Below are positions 51,068 through 60,003 of a DNA stretch of 64,000 nt, piece by piece (position 1 is the stretch's first letter; each line of letters opens with the position of its first letter). Location of the stretch: the NCBI GenBank assembly GCA_021802825.1, contig JAJZRG010000002.1, forward strand, positions 92,740 through 156,739. Direction: 5' to 3'. A model generated the notes under the pieces. It was given only the letters and a program-made list of their open reading frames with translations. It had not been told where the DNA came from and searched no databases. The translations under genes and the position numbers were made by a program. The DNA comes from Chloroflexota bacterium (GTDB lineage: Bacteria > Chloroflexota > Limnocylindria > Limnocylindrales > CSP1-4).

Positions 51068-53892
51068 CCCAGGCCCAACCGCTCAAGCGCAAGCTCATCG
51101 AGGTCGCGCTCCCTCTCGAGGCGATCAACGTGGCCTCGGCACGTGAGAAAAGCATCCGTCGCGGGCACCCGTCCACACTTCACCTGTGGTGGTCGAGGAA
51201 GCCCCTCGCTACGTGCCGCGCAGTTCTGTTCGCAAGCCTCGTCGATGATCCGTCGTCGAACCCGGTCAGCTTTCCTACGCCCAAAGCTGTCGAAGTCGAG
51301 CGAACGCGACTCTTCGGAATCATCGAGCGCTTGGTCGAGTGGGAGAACAGCACGAACGAGGCGGTGCTCGAAGAGGCGCGCACCGAGATCATGCGCTCGA
51401 CCGGCGGCAACCCGCCGTCCGTCCTGGACCCATTTTGCGGCGGCGGTTCGATTCCGCTTGAGGCGCAGCGACTTGGCCTGACGGCGTACGCCAGTGACCT
51501 CAACCCGGTTGCGGTTCTGATAACCAAGGCTCTGATTGAGATCCCGCCGACGTTCGCGAGACTCACGCCTGTCCACCCTGACGCGCGCCGCGGCATGGGC
51601 GGCAGCGGAGCCTGGAATGGCGCCACTGGCTTAGCGGAGGACGTCAGGCGATACGCCGCATGGATGCGGGGCGAAGCCGAGCGTCGGATTGGGCACCTCT
51701 ATCCGCCGACGACGCTCCCGAGGGAACTTGGGGGTGGTGAGGCCACGATCATTGCATCAATCTGGGCGCGCACTGTCACGTGCCCGAATCCAGCCTGTGG
51801 CGCCCAGATGCCCCTGACGACGAAGTTTGCGTTGTCCACGAAGAAGGGCAAGGCAGCCTGGGTCGAGCCGGTCATCGATAGGGTTCGGCGAACGGTCCGA
51901 TTCGAGGTTCGCACTGGGACCATGCCGGCCTCGGCGCTGACCGGGACGGCCACTGTGGGAACCGAAGGCAAGAAGGTCCGATCCTCATTCACCTGCCTTG
52001 TGTGCAGCTCAGGCATGGCAGACGGCGCGTACATCGACGGACAAGCTGACGCTGGAGCCATGGGTGCGGTGCCAATGGCGATGGTGGCTGACGGGCCCCG
52101 GGCTCGAGTGTTCCTCGCGCCCGACGATGACCTGAGAAACGCAGTCGCGGCGGCAGTCGAACTCGTGGAGAACCCAGCGGTCGCCGCGAAGCTGCCGGTC
52201 GAGCCTACGCGCGGGACGTTTGCGAGTAATGCGCAGGGACGCTATTACGGGCTCCGACGGTTCCGGGACTACTTCTCGCCGCGACAACTCCTGACACTCG
52301 CGACACTCGTCGATCTCGTAGGCGAGGTGCGCTTTCGCATCCGGGGTGACGCCACAGAAGCCGGTGACCGCGACGCGGTCGACTACGCCAACGCCATCGC
52401 CATGTACTTGGCGCTCGCTATTGATCGGAGCGCGAACACCCTTTGCACCCTAGCCCGGTGGACGCCAGCTCGTGAGCAGACGGTGACGGCCTTTTCTCGC
52501 CAGGCGATTCAGATGGCCTGGGACTACCCGGAGGTCAACCCATTCTCGGAGGCGGCCGGAGGGTACGGCGTCTCCGTTGATGGGATCGTCGAGGCGCTGA
52601 AGAACTTGCCGGCAACTCGGTCCGGTTATGCGACCCAAGCGGACGCCATGCGGCTGCCGTCTGGCCCGAGCGCCTATCTCGTATCAACCGACCCGCCGTA
52701 CTACGACAACATCGGCTACTCGGACTTGTCGGACTTCTTCTACGTCTGGCTTCGGCGCTGCCTGTCCGATGTTGATCCCGATCTGTTCGGCACGGTATTG
52801 ACCCCGAAGTCGGCGGAGCTCATCGCATCGCCTTACCGTTTTGCAGGCAGCAAGGTCAAGGCTGACGAGCACTTCGAGGCTGGACTTGGCGCAGCGTTCG
52901 CCCGAATGCTCGAGCGCGCGGATCCGACGGTCCCGGTAACGATCTACTACGCGTTCAAGCAGTCCGAGTCTGACGAAGATGACGGTGGAGCCGTTGCGTC
53001 GACTGGATGGGAGACGATGCTGGAGGCGCTCTTGTCCGCCGGGTTTGCCATTGACGGTACTTGGCCAATCCGTAGTGAACTCAGCAACCGTATGGTGGCA
53101 AGCGGCACCAACGCCCTGGCGTCCTCGATCGTTCTCGTATGTCGCGGTCGTTCCACTGACGCTGGTATCGCCACCCGCCGTGACTTCGTGGCAAGCCTGA
53201 AGCGGGAGATGCCGCGAGCCTTGCGAGACCTTCAGCACGGCAACATCGCGCCGGTCGACCTCGCTCAGTCGGCCATCGGACCCGGCATGGCCGTGTTCAG
53301 CCAGTACTCCAATGTCCTCGAGCCCGACGGCACGGCAATGCGCGTGCGCACGGCGCTCTCGCTCATCAATCAGGTCCTCGACGAGATCTTGGCCGAGCAG
53401 GAGGGCGAGTTCGACACGGACACGCGCTGGGCCGTTGCCTGGTACGACCAATACGGGATGAAGGACGCGGAGTTCGGCGTCGCCGATGTCCTCGCTCGTG
53501 CAAAGAACACGTCGGTCCAGGGCATGGTCGAGGCCGGCATCGTATCGGCTGGCCGCGGAAAGGTTCGCTTGCTCGCACGCGACGAGTACGACCAGGGCTG
53601 GGACCCGGCGCACGATCGGCGGCTCCCGGCCTGGGAGGCCGCGCAGCGGCTGGTGCACGTCCTGCTGACCTCAGGCGAAGGCCCGGCCGGGGAGCTGCTG
53701 GCGAAGTTGGGTGGCGTCGGCGAGGCCGCCCGCGACCTCGCGTACCGCCTTTACCAGGTGTCCGAGCGCAAGGGCTGGGCCGACGAGGCACGGGCGTACA
53801 ACGCACTCGTCGTGGCGTGGTCGGACCTGTCGCGCGGCGCCGCGGCGCCTGCCGCGTCCGAGTCGACACAGCCGAGCCTCGGGCTCGAGTAG
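51064..53892 (+). CDS. DUF1156-family N6-adenine/N4-cytosine DNA methyltransferase
   Basis: GTG start overlaps the upstream stop (GTGA); N-terminal DUF1156 signature KRKLIEVALPLEAINVASAREKSIRRGHPSTLHLWWSRKPLATCRAVLFASLVDDP; SAM motif I DPFCGGGSIPLEAQRLG; catalytic motif IV STDPPYYDNIGYSDLSDFF. Confidence 0.9.
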   Translation: MTQAQPLKRKLIEVALPLEAINVASAREKSIRRGHPSTLHLWWSRKPLATCRAVLFASLVDDPSSNPVSFPTPKAVEVERTRLFGIIERLVEWENSTNEAVLEEARTEIMRSTGGNPPSVLDPFCGGGSIPLEAQRLGLTAYASDLNPVAVLITKALIEIPPTFARLTPVHPDARRGMGGSGAWNGATGLAEDVRRYAAWMRGEAERRIGHLYPPTTLPRELGGGEATIIASIWARTVTCPNPACGAQMPLTTKFALSTKKGKAAWVEPVIDRVRRTVRFEVRTGTMPASALTGTATVGTEGKKVRSSFTCLVCSSGMADGAYIDGQADAGAMGAVPMAMVADGPRARVFLAPDDDLRNAVAAAVELVENPAVAAKLPVEPTRGTFASNAQGRYYGLRRFRDYFSPRQLLTLATLVDLVGEVRFRIRGDATEAGDRDAVDYANAIAMYLALAIDRSANTLCTLARWTPAREQTVTAFSRQAIQMAWDYPEVNPFSEAAGGYGVSVDGIVEALKNLPATRSGYATQADAMRLPSGPSAYLVSTDPPYYDNIGYSDLSDFFYVWLRRCLSDVDPDLFGTVLTPKSAELIASPYRFAGSKVKADEHFEAGLGAAFARMLERADPTVPVTIYYAFKQSESDEDDGGAVASTGWETMLEALLSAGFAIDGTWPIRSELSNRMVASGTNALASSIVLVCRGRSTDAGIATRRDFVASLKREMPRALRDLQHGNIAPVDLAQSAIGPGMAVFSQYSNVLEPDGTAMRVRTALSLINQVLDEILAEQEGEFDTDTRWAVAWYDQYGMKDAEFGVADVLARAKNTSVQGMVEAGIVSAGRGKVRLLARDEYDQGWDPAHDRRLPAWEAAQRLVHVLLTSGEGPAGELLAKLGGVGEAARDLAYRLYQVSERKGWADEARAYNALVVAWSDLSRGAAAPAASESTQPSLGLE

Positions 53893-53904
53893 GGGGAGCG
53901 ACAC

Positions 53905-56900
53905 GTGGCACTGTCGAACCGCGAGCGCATCGGCCGCATGCTCGATGGGCTCGCCGGCGGGCTCAAGCCGGTCGTGGACAGGATGTTCACCGAGGCGTAC
54001 GGGACGGCGTGGGTGTCGCGCGTCGACGCGGACCGCCCGGCCAACGCCGGGCCGGCGGACCCGAACGACGCCCAGTTCCTGCTCAATGCCGCGTGGTTCC
54101 ACTGGAACGAGACGCTCGGCAGGACGCTCGGGCCGGCCGAGAAGAACTACGTGAACGAGCTCCGCCTGACGCGCAACCGCTGGGCGCACCCGGGCGAGCG
54201 GCCGTTCACCGGCGAGGACGTGTACCGCGCGTACGACACCGCCGAGCGGCTGCTGCGGTCGGTCGCGTCGCCGGCTGCCGACGACGTCGGCAAGGCGAAG
54301 TCGCAGGTCCTGATGGAGAACGCCGTCGCCCAGGCCAAGGACCGCCAGAAGGCGCCGGCCGTCGCCGCCACCGCGGGCGAGCCCGCCAAGGGCCTCGCGC
54401 CCTGGCGCTCCGTCGTCACGCCGCACCCCGATGTCGCCGCAGGGCGGTACCGCCAGGCCGAGTTCGCCGCCGACCTCGCGCAGGTCGCCCGCGGCGAGGG
54501 GGCGAAGGAGTACGTGGATCCGCGCGAGTTCTTCGCGCGGACGTACCTCACAGAGGGGCTGAGGCTCCTGCTCACCGGCGCGCTGCGCCGTCTGGCCGGG
54601 ACCGGCGGCGAGTCTGTCGTGGACCTCCAGACCACGTTCGGCGGCGGCAAGACGCACTCCATGCTCGCGCTCTGGCACCTCGCCGCGGCCGGTGCGTCGA
54701 TCACGTCCCTGCCGGGCCTCGAAGGTGTCGTAGCGGACGCGGGCGTCGCCTCGCTTCCGCGTGTCGCGCGGGCCGCGATCGTCGGCACGTCGCTCTCGCC
54801 GATCACGCCGCGCGTCGTCGAGGGAGCCGAGATCAGGACCCTCTGGGGCGAGCTGGCGTGGCAGCTCGGCGGCCCCGAGGGCTTCGCGCGCGTGGCGGAG
54901 GCCGACCGGGCCGGCGTCCCGCCCGGCGCGGACGCGCTGCGCGGACTGCTGGCCGCCTACGCCCCGGTCGTCGTGCTGGTGGACGAGTGGGTGACGTACG
55001 CCCGGCTCCAGTGGGGCAAGGACGCGCTCCCCGGCGGGTCCTTCGACGCTGCGCTCTCCTTCGCCCAGCAGCTCACCGGCGCCGTGGACCAGGTCCCGGG
55101 CGCCCTGCTCGTCGTGTCGCTCCCGTCGTCGGTGATCGAGGTCGGCGGCGAGGGCGGCCAGAAGGCGCTGGCAGCGCTCAAGCACGTCGTCCACCGCGTC
55201 GACGCGCCGTGGCGCCCGGCCGCGGCGCAGGAGAGCTTCGAGATCGTCCGGCGTCGCCTCTTCGAGCCGATCACCGCGGAGGCGGCGAGGTCGCGCGATG
55301 AGGTCGTGCAGCAATTCTCCGAGCTCTACTCGGCGAACACGGGCATGTTCCCTTCGGACACGAAGGAGAAGTCGTACCTCGAGCGGCTCCGAAACTGCTA
55401 TCCGATCCACCCCGAGCTGTTCGACCGGCTCTTCGACGACTGGTCGACCCTCGAGCGGTTCCAGCGGACGCGCGGCGTCCTCAAGCTGATGGCCGCGGTC
55501 GTCCACACGCTCTGGGAGAAGCAGGACGGCAACCTCCTGATCCTGCCGGGGGCGATCCCGCTGGACGACGGCGAGGTGATGCCGCAGCTCATCCAGTACC
55601 TCGACGACGGCTGGGACGCCATCGTCGAGGGCGATGTCGACGGCACCTCATCGCTGCCGCTCCGGCTCGACCGCGAGAACCACGGGACCTACGGGCGCTA
55701 CTCGGCAGCCCGCCGCGTGGCGCGCACGGTGTTCCTCGGCTCGGCGCCGCTGCCTGCGGCCGCCAACCGCGGCATCGACGACAAGCGGATCCTGCTCGGC
55801 GCGGTCCAGCCCGGAGAGACGCCGGCCACGTTCGGCGACGCCCTCCGGAAGCTCGCCGGCCAGGCGACCTACCTGTACGAGAACGCCGGCCGCTACTGGT
55901 ACTCGACCCAGCCGTCGGTCAACCAGCTCGCGCGCGACCGCGCCGACCAGCAGGCGCAAGACCAGGTCGAGCTCGAGATCGAGGCGCGCCTAAAGAAGGC
56001 GCTCGCGGACCGGCTGCCGTTCCACCGGATCCACGCCGCGCCGCGCGACGCGTCGGACGTGCCCGACGAGGACGAGGTCGCGCTCGTCGCGCTCCGCCCC
56101 GAGCACCCGCACGACGCGAAGGGGCTCGGTTCCAAGGCCCGCGACGCGGCGGCGGCCATCCTGGCGTCGCGGGGCGCGGGCACGCGCGTCAACAAGAACA
56201 TGCTCGTGTTCCTCGCGCCCGACTCCCTCCGCCTGCCGGAGCTCGAGGACGCCGTCCGCCAGTTCAAGGCCTGGTCGTCGATCCTGGCCGACGGGGACGC
56301 CGGCCGACTCAACCTCGACGACTTCGGGCGCGCCCAGGCCAAGTCTCAGCGCGACAGCTTCGACGCGACCGCCACGTCGCGCGTGCCCGAGACGTACCAC
56401 TGGCTGCTCGTCCCCGAGCAGGCGGACGCGCTCTCCCCGGTCGAGCTCAAGGCCGTCAAGATCGCGCCGGGCCCCGACATCGCCGCCCGCGCCGCGGCGA
56501 AGCTCCGCTCCGAGGAGCTGCTGATCACCCGGTACGGCGGCGTCAACCTGCGGCTCGTCCTCACCCAGACGCTGAAGGACTACTGGGGCCAGCACCACGA
56601 AGTGGGCATGCGCGAGCTGTGGGGCTGGTTCGCCCATTACCCGTACCTGCCGCGCCTCCTCGACATGAGCGTCCTCGAGGGCGCGGTCGAGGACGGCGTC
56701 GGGAACCTCCTGTGGCGCTCGGAGACGTTCGCCTACGCGGCGGCTCGTGAAGCTGGCGGGGCGTACATGGGCGTCGTCGCCGGGCGCCGGGCGCCGACGC
56801 CGGTGACCTCGACGAGCCTGATCGTGGACGGCTCGCTCATTCGGGACGCGCCCGCGCGATCGCCCGTGCCGCCCGTGGATGACATGCCGGAGGGCGGACA

Positions 56901-57174
56901 CAAGTCCCCGGAGCCGCCCAAGCCCGCGAGCATCCGCAGGTTCCACGGCCAGGCCGTCCTGTCGGACCCGCGGACGCCGATCCCCGAGCTCCAGAAGCTC
57001 GTCGCCGAGATCATCGGCCCACTTGCCGCCCAGACCGAGGTGAGCCTCACCATCCGCGTGGAGATCGAGGCCGACCACCGCGCCGAGGCCGGTTTCACCG
57101 ACCAGACCATCCGCACCGTGTCCGAGAATGCGCGAACCCTGCGCCTCCGCGACTTCGGCTTCGAGCGGGAGTAG
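53905..57174 (+). CDS. DUF499 (BrxC/PglY-like) P-loop ATPase with N-terminal Swt1-type HEPN domain
   Basis: GTG start after GGGGGAG; HEPN R-x4-H motif LTRNRWAH in the first 110 aa; Walker A TTFGGGKTHSMLAL, Walker B VVVLVDEWVTY; large C-terminal region typical of DUF499 proteins. Confidence 0.9.
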   Translation: MALSNRERIGRMLDGLAGGLKPVVDRMFTEAYGTAWVSRVDADRPANAGPADPNDAQFLLNAAWFHWNETLGRTLGPAEKNYVNELRLTRNRWAHPGERPFTGEDVYRAYDTAERLLRSVASPAADDVGKAKSQVLMENAVAQAKDRQKAPAVAATAGEPAKGLAPWRSVVTPHPDVAAGRYRQAEFAADLAQVARGEGAKEYVDPREFFARTYLTEGLRLLLTGALRRLAGTGGESVVDLQTTFGGGKTHSMLALWHLAAAGASITSLPGLEGVVADAGVASLPRVARAAIVGTSLSPITPRVVEGAEIRTLWGELAWQLGGPEGFARVAEADRAGVPPGADALRGLLAAYAPVVVLVDEWVTYARLQWGKDALPGGSFDAALSFAQQLTGAVDQVPGALLVVSLPSSVIEVGGEGGQKALAALKHVVHRVDAPWRPAAAQESFEIVRRRLFEPITAEAARSRDEVVQQFSELYSANTGMFPSDTKEKSYLERLRNCYPIHPELFDRLFDDWSTLERFQRTRGVLKLMAAVVHTLWEKQDGNLLILPGAIPLDDGEVMPQLIQYLDDGWDAIVEGDVDGTSSLPLRLDRENHGTYGRYSAARRVARTVFLGSAPLPAAANRGIDDKRILLGAVQPGETPATFGDALRKLAGQATYLYENAGRYWYSTQPSVNQLARDRADQQAQDQVELEIEARLKKALADRLPFHRIHAAPRDASDVPDEDEVALVALRPEHPHDAKGLGSKARDAAAAILASRGAGTRVNKNMLVFLAPDSLRLPELEDAVRQFKAWSSILADGDAGRLNLDDFGRAQAKSQRDSFDATATSRVPETYHWLLVPEQADALSPVELKAVKIAPGPDIAARAAAKLRSEELLITRYGGVNLRLVLTQTLKDYWGQHHEVGMRELWGWFAHYPYLPRLLDMSVLEGAVEDGVGNLLWRSETFAYAAAREAGGAYMGVVAGRRAPTPVTSTSLIVDGSLIRDAPARSPVPPVDDMPEGGHKSPEPPKPASIRRFHGQAVLSDPRTPIPELQKLVAEIIGPLAAQTEVSLTIRVEIEADHRAEAGFTDQTIRTVSENARTLRLRDFGFERE

Positions 57175-57177
57175 GGG

Positions 57178-58047
57178 GTGGCCTCAAGACGCGCCCCTGG
57201 GAAGGGCGAACAAAGGCAGGGCCCTCCCATCCTGACCATCGCCCTGGTAGAAGCACAGCGTCTGATTGCCGACCAGCTCGAGCGCGGCAGGCAGATCCGG
57301 GAGCGGCAGATCGGCGATCGCTCGAGTCTTGCGGCAGCGAAGGACGCCTACAACAACTGGGTCGACTACAACCGGGACCTGCTGCGTCGGATCCTGACCA
57401 CGGATGAGCCATCGGACGAGTTCGCGCGGTCGATTCACCTGATGTACGTGCTCGGAGACACGACGCTCGGGGAGGACATCGAGGAGTTCCGATCGGACAT
57501 CGGGACCCACCTCCGACGTCTCGAGTCGATCTCGGACCGACTCCCGCTCTTCGACAACCGGCCGGAGCTCGCCAGCGCCGCCGCACCAGGCACGGAGATC
57601 GACATGAAGCGGGTCTTCGTTGTGCACGGTCACAACCTCGCGGTGCTGGATCGAGTTGTGCGATTGCTGCGCGATCTCGATCTGGAGCCAGTCGTGCTCC
57701 GAGAGCAGGCAAATCAAGGCAGAACCATCATCGAGAAGTTCGAGGCGCACACGGATGTAGCGTTCGCCGTGGTCATCCTGACCGCGGACGACATCGGCGG
57801 AGTCGTCGGCACGGCCCCTGAGGAGTTGCGCCTTCGAGCACGCCAGAACGTCGTGCTGGAGCTCGGGTTCTTCATTGGAAAGCTGGGCAGGCGCTCTGTC
57901 GTGTCGCTACTCGAGCGCCGAGTCGAGGTTCCGAGCGACATCGACGGCGTCCTCTACATCCCGATGGACACCGGTGACTCGTGGCGCCTGCTCCTCGCCA
58001 AGGAGATGAAGGCGGCCGGTCTGCCAGTCGACCTCAATCGACTTTGA
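57178..58047 (+). CDS. TIR-like domain protein (COG4271 / PF10137-type predicted nucleotide-binding TIR-like) with alpha-helical N-terminal domain
   Basis: C-terminal KRVFVVHGHNLAVLDRVVRLLRDLDLEPVVLREQANQGRTIIEKFEAHTDVAFAVVILTADDIGG...RARQNVVLELGFFIGKLGRRSVV matches the TIR-like pattern recalled from CBASS/Pycsar effectors (vFIVHGhD...IIEKFE...faVVLLTpDD...NVifElGfF). GTG start 4 nt after the ATPase stop. Confidence 0.6.
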   Translation: MASRRAPGKGEQRQGPPILTIALVEAQRLIADQLERGRQIRERQIGDRSSLAAAKDAYNNWVDYNRDLLRRILTTDEPSDEFARSIHLMYVLGDTTLGEDIEEFRSDIGTHLRRLESISDRLPLFDNRPELASAAAPGTEIDMKRVFVVHGHNLAVLDRVVRLLRDLDLEPVVLREQANQGRTIIEKFEAHTDVAFAVVILTADDIGGVVGTAPEELRLRARQNVVLELGFFIGKLGRRSVVSLLERRVEVPSDIDGVLYIPMDTGDSWRLLLAKEMKAAGLPVDLNRL

Positions 58048-58111
58048 GCGTCATGCGGCCCGCGGCTACGAGACCGTCATCCGGCGTACCCGGCGAGGCT
58101 ATGCTCCGCGA

Positions 58112-60003
58112 ATGACAGCGCTCGAACGGCAGACCGTTGACGTCGATGAACTGCATGGGCGCATCTCGGCGCTGCCGTTCCCGATTGCGTCCGTCCTTGA
58201 GCTCTATCTGACGGACACGGACAACAGGGATCGCATCGAGGACTTGCTGCACGCCTTCGAGGCCACCGCGGAGTTCGCGGCAAGCGTTCTACTCGCGGGG
58301 CTCCTCCGGGATCCCGAGGGGCTCTCAAGCCACTGGGACTCGATCCGGGGCCCCGGACGCGGCGTCGGTCATGCACTCCGCACGAGCTCCTTCGGCACCT
58401 GGGTGATGCTCGGCACGACGCTTACCGTCGTGGTGAATCGCGAGATCAACCGCGGCAGGGCAACCGACGTTGCAACGGGATTCGGTCTCGCCACGATCGC
58501 TCCACTGGAGGCGCTTGCGACTCGGAGCGCCTGGGAGATTCTCGACAAGGCCAAGGTCATCAGAAACGGCGCAAAGGGGCATGATCCGCGACTCACCCCG
58601 GCGGATCGCGTGAGAATCCTTCTGTCGCTCGAGGCGCTGCTGCTGGAGCTCCTGCCGGCCCTGGAGCGCGCATTCTCCTCTTGGGAGCTGGTTCGGCTTG
58701 GTGGCGCAACGACCCGGCACGGAGTCCTTGCATTCGATGCCCGCAGGCTGACTGGAGCACCGCGAGCGTTCCGTCCTACCCGGATCGAAGTCACTCAGGT
58801 GCTCGAGACCGGTGGCGTCTACATGTACGACGCGCGCGCGAGCGCACCACTCCCTCTCGGCCCGTTCATCCAGCTCGTTCAGGACGACGCCCGGGGCACC
58901 GAGGCCTGCTACTTCTACGACCGCATCGAGAACGAGGAGACGCGCTGGAAGCTGTACCACACCGGCGCCGATTCATCCCTGTCATTCCCGATGCCGGCCC
59001 TGCTGGAGCTTCTCTCGTTCCTCGATGCCGGGCCAGACCGCTCTCTCCCGATTGATCAGCAAGAAGCCGCCGCGAGGTCCGCACGGCTGCGGATCCCGGT
59101 GCGGAAGTGGATCGAGGCTCCGGGTCGGATGCGACTCCCGAGCTGGACATCGGCCGCGAGAGCGCGGTCGAACCGGACGCAGCGGAGCCTCCGGCGGCGG
59201 CGGCCGCAGGCCGAGGCCCCGTGGGCGCCCTCGTCGGCACCGCATTGGCGACAGCGATGTACCCGATCGTCAGGCGCGAGGATCCCACGAGACGGGGCCG
59301 ATCGGTCGACGCATGGCTCGTGGTGGCCGAGCAGGCCGGAATCGTCATCCCCGGCGACAGGGCGCAGAAGCTCAGGTCTGCCTTCAACATCACGCAGCAC
59401 CTCTTCGCGCGCCCCGGGCGCGGGACTTGGACATGGGTCGGCCACGACGCGGCCCTGGTCGCGGACGGCCTGTCAGGCTCGGAGCTGCGAGACAAGGCCT
59501 ACGACGCCGCGCGGGAGCTCGATCCAAGTCGCGGCGGCATCCACTACGAGACGATCAAGGCCGAGCTGCTCCGGCGAGGCGTCGCGATCGCCGGACCGTC
59601 GCAAGGCCGCCGGGTTTGGGCGGCGCTCGGATCGGCTTCGGGCGCTGCCCGATTCCGCGCGCTCGGCGAGGGCCGGTTCGCCTGGGTGACCGACGGCGAC
59701 AACACGGGCACCATCGCCGCCGAGAGCCGAGAGCCGCTGCGACTCCCGCCGGGCCTGCGTGGCTTCGCGGACCTCGCGGGGGCGCTCGACACGCTCCTCC
59801 TGGCCGTGCACCCGTCGATAGGGCGGAATGTTCGCGAAGACGAGGTCGTCTACCTGTCCGCAGCCGAGCCCATTGCCCGGCTCGAGGTTCACCGATCCAG
59901 GCTGCGGATCGTCGTGGACGAGCCCCTCGCCACTACGCCTCACGTCGCGGGCGTTGTCGTCCAGCAGCTTGCACTCCCGGGGCAGCCGAGCCACACGACT
60001 GAG
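58112..60003 (+). pseudogene. 5' portion of a large (about 830 aa) gene of unknown function, frameshifted near 59110-59130 and truncated by an IS insertion
   Basis: Frame-2 ORF from 58112 is protein-like up to about aa 340 and then turns into R/S/P-rich out-of-frame sequence. The frame-1 ORF from 59107 is protein-like with high GC3 and ends in a TAG that lies inside the IS left inverted repeat. Confidence 0.55.

Noticed and set aside
58112-59689. Treating the 525-aa ORF as one intact protein
   Set aside because: After about aa 340 the translation becomes R/S/P/T-rich (the typical +1 frame of high-GC coding), while the overlapping frame-1 ORF from 59107 is protein-like; a frameshift fits better.
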